Below are positions 37,303-46,478 of a DNA stretch of 64,000 bases, piece by piece. The position numbers and the translations under genes are program-made. The DNA comes from Kiritimatiellia bacterium (GTDB lineage Bacteria; Verrucomicrobiota; Kiritimatiellia; RFP12; UBA1067). Location of the stretch: the NCBI GenBank assembly GCA_024405265.1, contig JAKSOZ010000004.1:5289-69288 (forward strand), read 5' to 3'. Position 1 is the stretch's first letter. Each line of letters opens with the position of its first letter. The notes beneath the pieces are model-generated. The model did no database searches and had not been told where the DNA came from. It worked only from the letters and a program-made list of their open reading frames with translations.

Positions 37303-37940
37303 TTCCGCAGCTCCTCTATCGCCGCGTCAAGCGTCGGATAGACCGCGGCGATTTGTCGTATTTCGCCGGTGGGCTCCGCTTGATCGGGGATTAAAATCGG
37401 CTTCATGCCCGCCGCATGTGCGCCGCGGATCCCACTGAAAGCGTCCTCGAAAACGGCGCAATCCTTCGGCTCGATACCGATCTTGGACGCGGCGAGGAGG
37501 AAGATGTCGGGAGCGGGCTTCGAATTGACGACCTCTTCTCCGGTAGTTATCGCGTCAAAATAGTCGATTACGCCCGAAGAGGTAAGATTATGGCGAACTA
37601 TGTGAATTCGCGAGGAAGAGGCGACGGCGGTCTTGATGCCATTCTCGCGGCAAAAGGAAAGCATCTCGATAAGCCCCGGCTTCTTAGGCGGAATCGATGA
37701 AAGCTGCTCGTTCCAAGCGAGTTCAATAGCGGTTTTCGAATATTCTTCCCAATCAAGCAAAGGATATTCAGCGGCAATTATCTCTTTTATGAGCTTTCGG
37801 CCCATCCCCGAAAAGCGCCGCGGAACGGCGGGATCGATTATGACTCCCTGACGCCGTCCCGCTTCGATCCAGGCGCGCTGATAGACGGACTCGGTATCGA
37901 ACAAAAGCCCGTCTTGATCGAAAATCGCGCCTTTAATCAT
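37299..37940 (-). CDS. HAD-superfamily hydrolase (subfamily IA, beta-phosphoglucomutase-like)
   Basis: Motif I (AIFDQDGLLFDTE) and motif IV (VFEDAFSGIRGAHAAG). The start is set at the internal ATG, which forms a TAATG overlap with the GH89 stop. Confidence 0.8.
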   Translation of the reverse strand: MIKGAIFDQDGLLFDTESVYQRAWIEAGRRQGVIIDPAVPRRFSGMGRKLIKEIIAAEYPLLDWEEYSKTAIELAWNEQLSSIPPKKPGLIEMLSFCRENGIKTAVASSSRIHIVRHNLTSSGVIDYFDAITTGEEVVNSKPAPDIFLLAASKIGIEPKDCAVFEDAFSGIRGAHAAGMKPILIPDQAEPTGEIRQIAAVYPTLDAAIEELRK

Positions 37941-40525
37941 TATTTCTTCTTTTTCATCAATATCTCGACCGCACCCGTCGAATCCTTGGAGTTCTGAGTG
38001 CGAACGGTGATGACGACATTGCAACTGTTGTTGCCGGTCACTTCCGGCCCGATGTCGTAAAGAAGAACATTGTTATCCTGCTTCGTGCCGGTAAAGCCGA
38101 ACTTATCGGACTTGGCGACGATCTTGCCGTCCATTTCAATCGCGATGCGCTTGATTTCGAGACGTTCAGCGCCTCGGATATAACGGAGGCGAATCGCGCG
38201 GCCCGAGCGGATGTCCGCCGTCGAGCAAGGAATCACGATATCCTTCCAAGTATTGAGCGAGACCGACTTGGGATCCCATCCTCCGATGGCCTTGACGTTC
38301 GAAACCTTCGCGGCATTCGGGTCGCCGACGAGCGACTTCACGATCTTGGTCGAATCATGAACCATTGCAACCGCTGCAACTACAGGATCACGGTAGGGCT
38401 TCACTTCGCTAAGTCCCGTCTTCTTTTCGACCCACTCGCGCTCCCACTGAGAGCGATTGACGCTGGATCTGCCGCGTTTGTTGTCGATATAAATCTTACG
38501 ACGCTGAACATAATAGTCGCGAATAAGTCCCGACCAGACCTTGCAAGCATAGTCATCGACGGGCGGTCCCCAGATCGTGACGATGCGACGTGCGTTCTTT
38601 TCGTAGTAATCGGCGAGCTTATCGTTCTTCCCAGCGTGCGCGCGAGCGAAGTCGATCCACCGCTTAAGCGAGTAGTGAGGATGGGACTCAAGGAGGCGGT
38701 CCATCGCCATCAAGAGACGCTCGATCCACTGCTCGCAAGTGTCGCTTACCTCATCCTCGCCTTCGCGCATAGCTCTTTCGCTCTCGACAATCAAGTCTTC
38801 GACGCGACCGGCCGCATAAGCGACGGCGTATTCGATCAAATCGGCCTCAAAAAGCGGAGAGTCACTGAACTTCTTGGCGACCGATGCGAAAGCCTCGATG
38901 CCACGATAGTAGTCGGAATTCGTCTTGATCGAGCCCTTGCCGTCACGACCCGGGCCGAGCTGCCATGTGAACTGCGGGTGGTCGGCGAACGAACCATAGC
39001 AGCTCTTGAGCATTCCGTCCCAGAATTCATCGAACGCCGGATCGTACTTCCCGTAACGAGCGGTCGTATAATCGCGGAGAAGCTGACGGATATCGGCTTT
39101 TTCCGTGCGCCACGCGGCGTCGGCCATTATCTCATAGACGACCTGATTGTTTTCGATACCTTCAGGGGCCATGCCGTGACCTACGAGGTGTCCGCGGTTA
39201 GGCGAATTGAGCGCTTCGAGGTGCCCGTTCGCGTAGAAATCGAGGACGCCCGTAAGGCCGCACTTTCCGCCCATATTCGGAATCACCGAATAGATCCAGC
39301 GCTTATTGTAAAAGCCCTTGTGGAAATCCCAGTTGACCTGATTGTGCCACCAGTGCTTGTTGTAGTCGACGGCCTCATCGAGGAGGATCATCTTGTCATC
39401 GGGGACTTTCTTGACGAGTGCCGCGAGAGTTTCCTGATCCCAGACATAACGCTGATAACCGAACATCCAGCCCTGCATGACCCAAACCGCGTCGGGATTC
39501 GCGTTAGCAATCGAACGATAGACTTTTTCGCCGTATTCGTTCATGAGATTGTAGCGCTCCGCCGTGCCCTTCGGAGGGAAAGGCGTTTCCATTTCATTGA
39601 AGGAGTCGATAAGATACATATCGCACTTGCCGAATTCCTTCTCCCATTCCTTGATGAAAGCGGTGCCGATCTTCTCGAAGACGGGGTGGTTGGGCATAAC
39701 CATCCAGTTGTGGAATCTGCCGCCGCACCACTTCGTTTCGACGAGCTCGAGGTCGGGATAGATGCGCTTCAAAGCGGGCGGAACGAAGCCTGCGAAGCCG
39801 GGGCAAATCGGCTTCATCTTAAGCGCGCGCATCTTTTTGAGGATCTTATGCTGAAGTTGTATTTGATCCGTGTGCCACTCAAGCGGCATCGGGGAGTCGA
39901 GGCCCGAGATATTGCCCATGCGCATCCAAGGAAGATGAGCGGGGCCGACGAAGTAGCTCTGAATTTCGTCGTCGGTGAGGCCCAAGGACTTGAAGACGCG
40001 CGCCATAATCGCTTCTTGGGCGACGAGCGTAATCGGGGAGTTGATGCCGTGAAGCGCCATATAGTCGATTTCCTGACTCCAACGCTTCCAAGTCCAATAA
40101 GGCATCGTGTAACCGTAAGTTACGACGTTGAAGTAGTAGCGATAATCGAAAGGCGTCGAACCCGAGACTTCCGCTTCCTTCTTCCAGGGCTCATCGGCGA
40201 AGCGATTCCCCGCCCAGCCGTTCATGCCGCGTTTTTGGGCTTTCGTAGCCGTATAAAAGCCGCGAGTAAGAGCGATGGGGCTATTGCCGGTGACAATGAG
40301 CTTATCGCCCTTCACCTCGGTCTTGAACCATTCCGCACCACTCTCTTGACCTTGACCTTTAACCTTGGTCTTCGCGTCGAGAACTAACTCGACGCGGGGG
40401 TCGACTTCGCCCGCAAAGCGACGGATGACCTCATACGCGGCCTTCGTACCTTCATCGGCCTTCGGAGCCGCAAACGAAGTGACCGTACCTAATGCAATAG
40501 CGCCTAATAAGATAATATTCTTCAT
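37940..40525 (-). CDS. alpha-N-acetylglucosaminidase (GH89/NAGLU family) with an extra C-terminal beta-domain
   Basis: Signal peptide. YYFNVVTYGYTMPYWTWKRWSQEIDYMALHGINSPI and the following TIM-barrel segments match NAGLU as recalled. About 140 aa of C-terminal extension. Confidence 0.85.
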   Translation of the reverse strand: MKNIILLGAIALGTVTSFAAPKADEGTKAAYEVIRRFAGEVDPRVELVLDAKTKVKGQGQESGAEWFKTEVKGDKLIVTGNSPIALTRGFYTATKAQKRGMNGWAGNRFADEPWKKEAEVSGSTPFDYRYYFNVVTYGYTMPYWTWKRWSQEIDYMALHGINSPITLVAQEAIMARVFKSLGLTDDEIQSYFVGPAHLPWMRMGNISGLDSPMPLEWHTDQIQLQHKILKKMRALKMKPICPGFAGFVPPALKRIYPDLELVETKWCGGRFHNWMVMPNHPVFEKIGTAFIKEWEKEFGKCDMYLIDSFNEMETPFPPKGTAERYNLMNEYGEKVYRSIANANPDAVWVMQGWMFGYQRYVWDQETLAALVKKVPDDKMILLDEAVDYNKHWWHNQVNWDFHKGFYNKRWIYSVIPNMGGKCGLTGVLDFYANGHLEALNSPNRGHLVGHGMAPEGIENNQVVYEIMADAAWRTEKADIRQLLRDYTTARYGKYDPAFDEFWDGMLKSCYGSFADHPQFTWQLGPGRDGKGSIKTNSDYYRGIEAFASVAKKFSDSPLFEADLIEYAVAYAAGRVEDLIVESERAMREGEDEVSDTCEQWIERLLMAMDRLLESHPHYSLKRWIDFARAHAGKNDKLADYYEKNARRIVTIWGPPVDDYACKVWSGLIRDYYVQRRKIYIDNKRGRSSVNRSQWEREWVEKKTGLSEVKPYRDPVVAAVAMVHDSTKIVKSLVGDPNAAKVSNVKAIGGWDPKSVSLNTWKDIVIPCSTADIRSGRAIRLRYIRGAERLEIKRIAIEMDGKIVAKSDKFGFTGTKQDNNVLLYDIGPEVTGNNSCNVVITVRTQNSKDSTGAVEILMKKKK

Positions 40526-41046
40526 AATAGTATTATATCATAATTTTGGCCATCGTAAAAGCCGAAGCTCTTTGCCGTTCCGCCCTTCGGAAGCGAAACC
40601 GAACCGGGGTTGAAGAGTTTAAGACCACAAGATAAAGTCTTCTTTTCAGCGATATGCGTGTGGCCGTTTACCATCACCGTACCTATCCCGATCGGCGGCA
40701 GCTTCCACTCGTTAAAGAGGTGTCCGTGGGTCAAGAAGAACGTCTCATTTCCCGCCTCCAGAATTTGGTAGTCGGCCATAATCGGGAATTTGAGCATCAT
40801 CTGGTCGACTTCAGCGTCACAATTGCCGCGGACCGCGATGATTTGGGACGCTCGCGCATTAAGAAGCTCAGCGACTTTAACGGGATCGTAGAAGTTGGGG
40901 ACGCCGTTTCTCGGACCGTGATAGAGGAGGTCTCCTAAAAGCGCGATCTTTTCCGCGCCAAGTTCATCGGCCTTTTTGAGCGCCGCCTCCAACGTCGACG
41001 GTACGCCATGCACGTCACTTATAAACGCTATCTTCATAACCACCAT
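40522..41046 (-). CDS. YfcE-type metallophosphoesterase
   Basis: MKIAFISDVHG, LLGDLLYHGPRN, GNCD and THGH motifs. Confidence 0.8.
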   Translation of the reverse strand: MVVMKIAFISDVHGVPSTLEAALKKADELGAEKIALLGDLLYHGPRNGVPNFYDPVKVAELLNARASQIIAVRGNCDAEVDQMMLKFPIMADYQILEAGNETFFLTHGHLFNEWKLPPIGIGTVMVNGHTHIAEKKTLSCGLKLFNPGSVSLPKGGTAKSFGFYDGQNYDIILL

Positions 41047-41056
41047 TTCGTCAAGG

Positions 41057-42157
41057 TTAGACGAACTCCGTCTCGATCGTTAGGACGACTTCATTCTCGG
41101 GGAAGTTCGTCTTCATATAGCTTAAGAACTTCGCCTTAAGCGCTTCCCAATCCCGAAGATGATAATCGACGATGAAATCGACGTAGAGCTTTTTCGTTTC
41201 GGGCTCGACATAGACCGCGTGGAAGCTCTTCACGAATTCTTCGCCGCGCACAAACTCAGCAACCGTTTTGCGGATGTGCCGCGTTTCTTCATGATCGTTA
41301 TCAACCGCATAAACACCGAAGACCATCGTCACATGTTCCTCGTGCATGATCTTGAGCTGCAAGGCATGAAGGAAGTCGTAGATTTCTCCGACCGTCTTCT
41401 CATGGTCGATCTCGACATTGACGGAACCCGACCAAGCGTCCGGCCCATAGTTATGAAGAATCATATCCGCCGCGCCCAAAATGCCGGGAGTCGTGCGAAT
41501 CATCGTGTAGATTTTGTGGGCAAGTTCTTTCTCTCCGGCCTTGCCGATCAAGTCGGCCAAAGTCTTCGCGAGAACATCATAACCCGCTTTCAAAATCACA
41601 CCGGCCATAATGACGCCCGCATACGCATCGATAGAGACATCGAAGATAATGAAGACGAGCGCCGAGATGATCGTGATGATCGAAACATACGCGTCACTCT
41701 TGCAATCTGCCCCCACTCCGACAAGCGCTTCCGACGTCGCCTCCTTGCCCTTCTTCATCGTATAAAGGCCGAGAACATATTTAAGGACGGCGGAAACGGC
41801 GATGATACTCAAGGAGACATACGATATCGCCAAGGGCTCGGGCTTGAAAATGAGCTTCACCGCTTCGATGAGCATCTGGAAGCCGGAGAAGAGAATGACG
41901 GCCGCAATGACAAGCGCCGTCAAATATTCGATTCGCCCATAGCCGAATGGATGCTTCGCGTCAGGATGTCGCGCGGCAAGCTTCGTTCCGACGAGCGTGA
42001 GAATCGAGGTAAGCGCATCCGCGGCATTGTTGATACCTTCGGAGATAATGGCGATTGAGGAGGCGGCAATACCCGCAATGACCTTAATCGCGGCAATCAA
42101 GATGTTCGCGACGACTCCCAAGATGGATGTGCGAACGATTATTTTATCACGAGTCAT
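41057..42157 (-). CDS. cation diffusion facilitator (CDF) transporter
   Basis: Six TM helices with NILIAAIKVIAGIAASSIAIISEGINNAADALTS, plus a C-terminal cytoplasmic domain. Confidence 0.85.
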   Translation of the reverse strand: MTRDKIIVRTSILGVVANILIAAIKVIAGIAASSIAIISEGINNAADALTSILTLVGTKLAARHPDAKHPFGYGRIEYLTALVIAAVILFSGFQMLIEAVKLIFKPEPLAISYVSLSIIAVSAVLKYVLGLYTMKKGKEATSEALVGVGADCKSDAYVSIITIISALVFIIFDVSIDAYAGVIMAGVILKAGYDVLAKTLADLIGKAGEKELAHKIYTMIRTTPGILGAADMILHNYGPDAWSGSVNVEIDHEKTVGEIYDFLHALQLKIMHEEHVTMVFGVYAVDNDHEETRHIRKTVAEFVRGEEFVKSFHAVYVEPETKKLYVDFIVDYHLRDWEALKAKFLSYMKTNFPENEVVLTIETEFV

Positions 42158-43353
42158 TATTCGGTGCGACCGGTGTAAGCTTCGGCCTGAGAGTTATCGA
42201 TCGTTTCGGCGAAGAACTTGTCGGCAGCTTCATTGAACACGTTTTCGAACGCGCGGAAGCCTCCACGAAGCTGCACGACCCAAAGCTTGAGTTCGCCCTT
42301 GTGATAATTGACCATGCAGTTCGTACCGAAGGCGCCGCCATGTCCGAACCAGCCGTTCTCGTTGTCCTCGGGAGGCGCGACGAGTCCGAGCGAATATCCG
42401 CCCGCCATTGCTCCGCGTGTCGAAACGGCGAGAATCGACTTGACCGTCTCTTCCTTAAGAACGCGAACACCATTGTCGCCGAGACCCAAGTTCATGAGCA
42501 TCTTATAGAACTTGACCTGATCGCGAGTAGTTGTCCAAATACCCGCTCCTGCGCTTGTGAAGACGTGGTCATCATTATAAGGACGCTGTTCCCACGGGTC
42601 TTCCGCTCTCCAAGTCGCTTTGCGGCCGACTCCGCAATCATACATCTCGATCTTGCGCGCGATTTGCTCCTCGGTCGGCTTGAAGGTGGTTTTCTTCATT
42701 TCCAAGGGATCGGTGATTATCTCTTTAACGAGGACTTCAAACTTCTTCCCCGTCGCAACTTCTGCACACGCGGCAGCAATGTCGATTCCCGTATTCGAAT
42801 ACTGCTGACGAGTTCCCGGCTCGAAGAGAATCGGAGAATTCGCGGCAATCGAAGCGACCGAACGAAGCGGAGCGCCGCCCGACCAACCGCCGCCTCTGAT
42901 CCACGCCTGCTTGCAGCAAATCTCGAACGGAAAGCCGCCCGTATGATTGAGGACGTTCTTAACGGTAAGGACGTTTCTCGCTTTGACCAAAGTCTTCACG
43001 TCGTCCTTAACGCCCGCGTTAATCCACAAAGTTCCGAATTCGGGAAGATACTTCGAAACGGGATCTTCGAGCGACATGACGCCGTCTTCAACGAGCTTCG
43101 CTACGACGACTCCGCAAAAGCCCTTCGTCTGAGAGCACTGCATGAAAGGATCGTCGAGCGTGATCTTGCGACCCTTGTCGACATCGGCGAAACCGAGGCA
43201 AGCGACTTCTTCAGCACCGGGCTTGATGAGAATCGCAACCGCTCCCGGGAGTTCTCCCGATTCGACGTATGGCTTGAGCGCGTCTTCGACGAAAGTCGAA
43301 GCGCTAAGTCCGAGCGAGAAAAGCGCGGCGGTTAAGAGCGAAAAGTATTTCAT
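42157..43353 (-). CDS. secreted serine hydrolase, beta-lactamase/transpeptidase-like fold
   Basis: Signal peptide and SxxK (CSQTKGF). 398 aa, with class C/EstB-like length. Confidence 0.8.
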   Translation of the reverse strand: MKYFSLLTAALFSLGLSASTFVEDALKPYVESGELPGAVAILIKPGAEEVACLGFADVDKGRKITLDDPFMQCSQTKGFCGVVVAKLVEDGVMSLEDPVSKYLPEFGTLWINAGVKDDVKTLVKARNVLTVKNVLNHTGGFPFEICCKQAWIRGGGWSGGAPLRSVASIAANSPILFEPGTRQQYSNTGIDIAAACAEVATGKKFEVLVKEIITDPLEMKKTTFKPTEEQIARKIEMYDCGVGRKATWRAEDPWEQRPYNDDHVFTSAGAGIWTTTRDQVKFYKMLMNLGLGDNGVRVLKEETVKSILAVSTRGAMAGGYSLGLVAPPEDNENGWFGHGGAFGTNCMVNYHKGELKLWVVQLRGGFRAFENVFNEAADKFFAETIDNSQAEAYTGRTE

Positions 43354-45845
43354 TCCGTCACCTCAGTCGTGGTCACCTCAGTCGCCGGAGCGTCCTCTTC
43401 ATTTTCGGCAGCTTCGCAAACCGAGACACTGACGAGCTTAGCGCCTTCGGAGAGACGAACGAGCTTCACGCCCTGAGCCATGCGGCCCTGGACATTGAAC
43501 TGGGAAACGGGCGAGCGAACCATCTGCTGATCGCTCGTAATGGAAATGACGTTCTCATCGTCGGCAACAGCATGCGCGGCAACGACTTCGCCATTGCGCT
43601 CCGCACCCTTAATGCCGATCATGCCCATGCCGCCACGATTGTGACGCGTGAAGTCCTTGAACTCGCAGCGCTTACCATAACCGTTGGCAGTCGCGATGAA
43701 CAAGGTCTTCGAGTCGTCGACCACATCGAACGAAACGACCTCGTCCCCTTCCATAAGCTTGATACCGCGGACGCCCGTAGCAGTGCGTCCCATCCGGCGA
43801 ACATCAGTCGCCGCGAAGCGCATCGCGCGCCCATTCTTCGTGAGCATCAAAACATCGTCCGAGTCCTTGACGAGACGAACTTCGACGAGCTCGTCATCTT
43901 CTTCGATGTTGATCGCGCGGATACCCGCCTTGTTGACGTTCGCGTAATCTCCAAGGAGCGTCTTCTTAACCGTTCCGTTCTTGGTCGCGAAGAAGACGTC
44001 GACATCGCCTTCGAACGAGCGGATCGGGAGAAGCTCGAGGACCTGCTCGCCCTCCTGCAAGTTGAGGAGATTGATGAGCGGACGGCCGAAGCTCGTCTTC
44101 TGGGCTTCGGGAATTTCGTACGCGCCCTTAACGAAGAGGCGACCCTTGTTGGTGAAGAACATGAGCTCGTCGTGAGTTTCAGCGACGAAGACGAGGCGGA
44201 TGAAATCTTCTTCCTTCACCTGAGCGCCACGTACGCCATGTCCACCACGACGCTGTTCCTTGTACTCGGTAAGAGCGACGCGCTTCACATAACCGCGATT
44301 CGAGAGCGTGATGACGCAGGGCTCGTCGGCGATAAGATCCTTAATCGAAACTTCGTTCGCATCGGCGACAATCTCGGTGCGGCGCTTAGCCTCTTCCTTG
44401 AGGCAGTAGCGGTTCTTGATGTCGGCGAGGTCTTCGCGGATGATCGCGTAGATTCGCTCGGGGTCGGCGAGAATCGCTTCGTAGTCGGCAATTGCCGCGA
44501 GAAGTTTCGCGAGTTCGTCGGTAAGCTTATCGCGCTCGAGTCCCGTGAGCTGATAAAGACGCATTTCGAGAATCGCGTTGACCTGAAGATCGGTAAAACC
44601 GAAGCGCGCCTGGAGGCGACCCTTCGCTTCTTCACGATTCGAGCTCGAGCGGATAATCGAGACGACTTCATCGAGATTGTCGATAGCGAGAAGAAGACCG
44701 TCGATAATGTGCTTACGCGCTTTCGCCTTCTTGAGCTCGAACTGGGTGCGACGAGTGATGACTTCGAAGCGATGATCGACGTAGCACTTGAAGAACTCTT
44801 TGAGATTCAAGATCTTAGGTCTCCCGTCGACAATCGCGAGCATGATCGCGCCGAAAGTCGACTGGAGCGCGGTGTGCTTGTAGAGGTGATTTAAGACCAC
44901 CTCGCCCATCGCGCCCTTCTTGATTTCGACGACGATGCGGATATCGTCCTTCGATTCATCGCGAATATCCGAGATGCCTTCGATGACCTTGTCTTTGACG
45001 AGCTCGGCCATGTGCTTGATCATCTCGGTCTTGTTGACCTTGTAAGGAATCTCGGTAATGATGATGCGCTCGCGTCCATTCTTCTCGACCGTGACTTCCG
45101 CTTTGCCGCGAACGGTGAGCTGGCCTCGCCCGAGCTTGTACATCGCGTTGATGCCGTTATAGCCGCAGACTTGCGCGCCCGTCGGGAAGTCGGGGCCCTT
45201 GACGAACTGCATGAGGTCGTCGATCGTCGCTTCTTCGCGATGCTGAACGTAGTAGTCGATGCCGTCACAAAGTTCGCCGAGATTGTGCGGAGGAATGTTA
45301 GTCGCCATACCGACCGCAATGCCCGAGGAGCCATTGAGGAGGAGGTTCGGGAGTTTCGCGGGAAGGACGGTCGGCTCTTCCAAAGTTTCGTCGTAGTTCG
45401 GGATCATGTCGACCGTGTCCTTCTCGAGGTCTCCGAGAAGTTCTTCCGTCACTCTCTGCATACGAACTTCGGTGTAACGCATAGCTGCCGCGCCATCACC
45501 ATCGATCGAGCCGAAGTTACCATGGCCATCGACGAGCGGGACACGAAGAGAGAAGCTCTGAGCCATACGGACGATCGTATCGTAAACGGCGGTATCGCCA
45601 TGCGGGTGATACTTACCGATAACGTCGCCGACAACACGCGCGGACTTGACGTGCTTCGTGTTCCAGGAGTTTCCGAGCTTGTGCATCGCGTAAAGGCAGC
45701 GGCGATGCACGGGCTTAAGTCCATCTCTCACATCCGGAAGCGCGCGTCCGACAATAACGCTCATCGAGTAGTCGATATAGTCTCTCGACATCTCGTCTTC
45801 GATGTTGACGTCTTCGAAATTGGTAACAGAAATCTCTTCGCTCAT
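43350..45845 (-). CDS. gyrA: DNA gyrase subunit A
   Basis: GLKPVHRR, the catalytic Tyr context [11 protein letters not shown], and a C-terminal beta-pinwheel. No gyrB adjacent. Confidence 0.97.
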   Translation of the reverse strand: MSEEISVTNFEDVNIEDEMSRDYIDYSMSVIVGRALPDVRDGLKPVHRRCLYAMHKLGNSWNTKHVKSARVVGDVIGKYHPHGDTAVYDTIVRMAQSFSLRVPLVDGHGNFGSIDGDGAAAMRYTEVRMQRVTEELLGDLEKDTVDMIPNYDETLEEPTVLPAKLPNLLLNGSSGIAVGMATNIPPHNLGELCDGIDYYVQHREEATIDDLMQFVKGPDFPTGAQVCGYNGINAMYKLGRGQLTVRGKAEVTVEKNGRERIIITEIPYKVNKTEMIKHMAELVKDKVIEGISDIRDESKDDIRIVVEIKKGAMGEVVLNHLYKHTALQSTFGAIMLAIVDGRPKILNLKEFFKCYVDHRFEVITRRTQFELKKAKARKHIIDGLLLAIDNLDEVVSIIRSSSNREEAKGRLQARFGFTDLQVNAILEMRLYQLTGLERDKLTDELAKLLAAIADYEAILADPERIYAIIREDLADIKNRYCLKEEAKRRTEIVADANEVSIKDLIADEPCVITLSNRGYVKRVALTEYKEQRRGGHGVRGAQVKEEDFIRLVFVAETHDELMFFTNKGRLFVKGAYEIPEAQKTSFGRPLINLLNLQEGEQVLELLPIRSFEGDVDVFFATKNGTVKKTLLGDYANVNKAGIRAINIEEDDELVEVRLVKDSDDVLMLTKNGRAMRFAATDVRRMGRTATGVRGIKLMEGDEVVSFDVVDDSKTLFIATANGYGKRCEFKDFTRHNRGGMGMIGIKGAERNGEVVAAHAVADDENVISITSDQQMVRSPVSQFNVQGRMAQGVKLVRLSEGAKLVSVSVCEAAENEEDAPATEVTTTEVTE

Positions 45846-45881
45846 ATTCTTGGCTCTAGCTTATTATTTATAATATATTAT

Positions 45882-45890
45882 ATTATATCA
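45882..45890 (-). promoter_or_regulatory. extended -10 element TGATATAAT of the gyrA promoter
   Basis: Reverse complement of 45882-45890, inside a 35-nt almost pure A/T block. A poor -35 (TCGCGC) falls in an alternating pyrimidine-purine tract. Confidence 0.4.
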
Positions 45891-45938
45891 TATTTCACGC
45901 GCACGCGCGAGACTCATAAGATCAAGAAGCTCTTTATT

Positions 45939-46478
45939 TCAGGCTAACTCGGTGAACTCGCTTAAAACAGGAAGCCCCATGATATTCTCGTAGGAGCCTT
46001 CGTATCGTTCGACGATAAGACCGCCCGATTCGTCGATGTCGTACGCGCCGGCGCGGTCGGTAGGCTTCACCTCCGCGACGTACTTTTCAATCAAATCCTC
46101 GGATAGCTCGCGGAACTTCACCTTCGACTCGACGACCTTCGTTTCGAGCGCTCCGCCTTTCTTGCACCAAGCTACTCCCGTGAAGACCGAGTGATAATTT
46201 CCGGAAAGCTCGCGCAAATATTCCTTCGCTTCCTCGAGAGTCTTCGGCTTACCGTAGATTCGATTATCGAACCAAACGATCGTGTCCGCGGCGATTATCG
46301 ACTCATCGGGGAATAGCGCGCGGCACGCCTTAAGCTTGCGCGCCGCGTTTACCGTGACCGTGCGCTTCGGAGCGCGAGGAATCGAGACTTCCTCCGCCTC
46401 GGTCGGCACGACCTTAAACGCAAATCCAAGACCCGTTAGGATCTTGGATCTGCGAGGAGATTTGGAAGCGAGGATCAC
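45939..46478 (-). CDS. maf: Maf-family nucleoside triphosphate pyrophosphatase
   Basis: ILASKSPRR start motif and 179 aa. GTG start in a GTGA overlap with the upstream gene. Confidence 0.9.
   Translation of the reverse strand: MILASKSPRRSKILTGLGFAFKVVPTEAEEVSIPRAPKRTVTVNAARKLKACRALFPDESIIAADTIVWFDNRIYGKPKTLEEAKEYLRELSGNYHSVFTGVAWCKKGGALETKVVESKVKFRELSEDLIEKYVAEVKPTDRAGAYDIDESGGLIVERYEGSYENIMGLPVLSEFTELA

Noticed and set aside
38357-40387. Long ORFs antisense to well-supported genes. Examples are 38357-40387 (+), 47087-48889 (+), 43572-44894 (+), 29184-30698 (+), 7093-8172 (+), 33717-34787 (+), 34867-35874 (+), 13346-13975 (-), 11441-12040 (-), 18846-19886 (-) and 20517-21524 (-).
   Set aside because: Each lies opposite a gene with unambiguous family motifs (GH89, SSS, GyrA, LeuRS, PurM, Fba, V-ATPase A/B, FtsK, NagB). 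Their translations are R/D/E/H/L-rich with no motifs. This is typical of stop-codon-poor antisense frames in GC-rich coding DNA.
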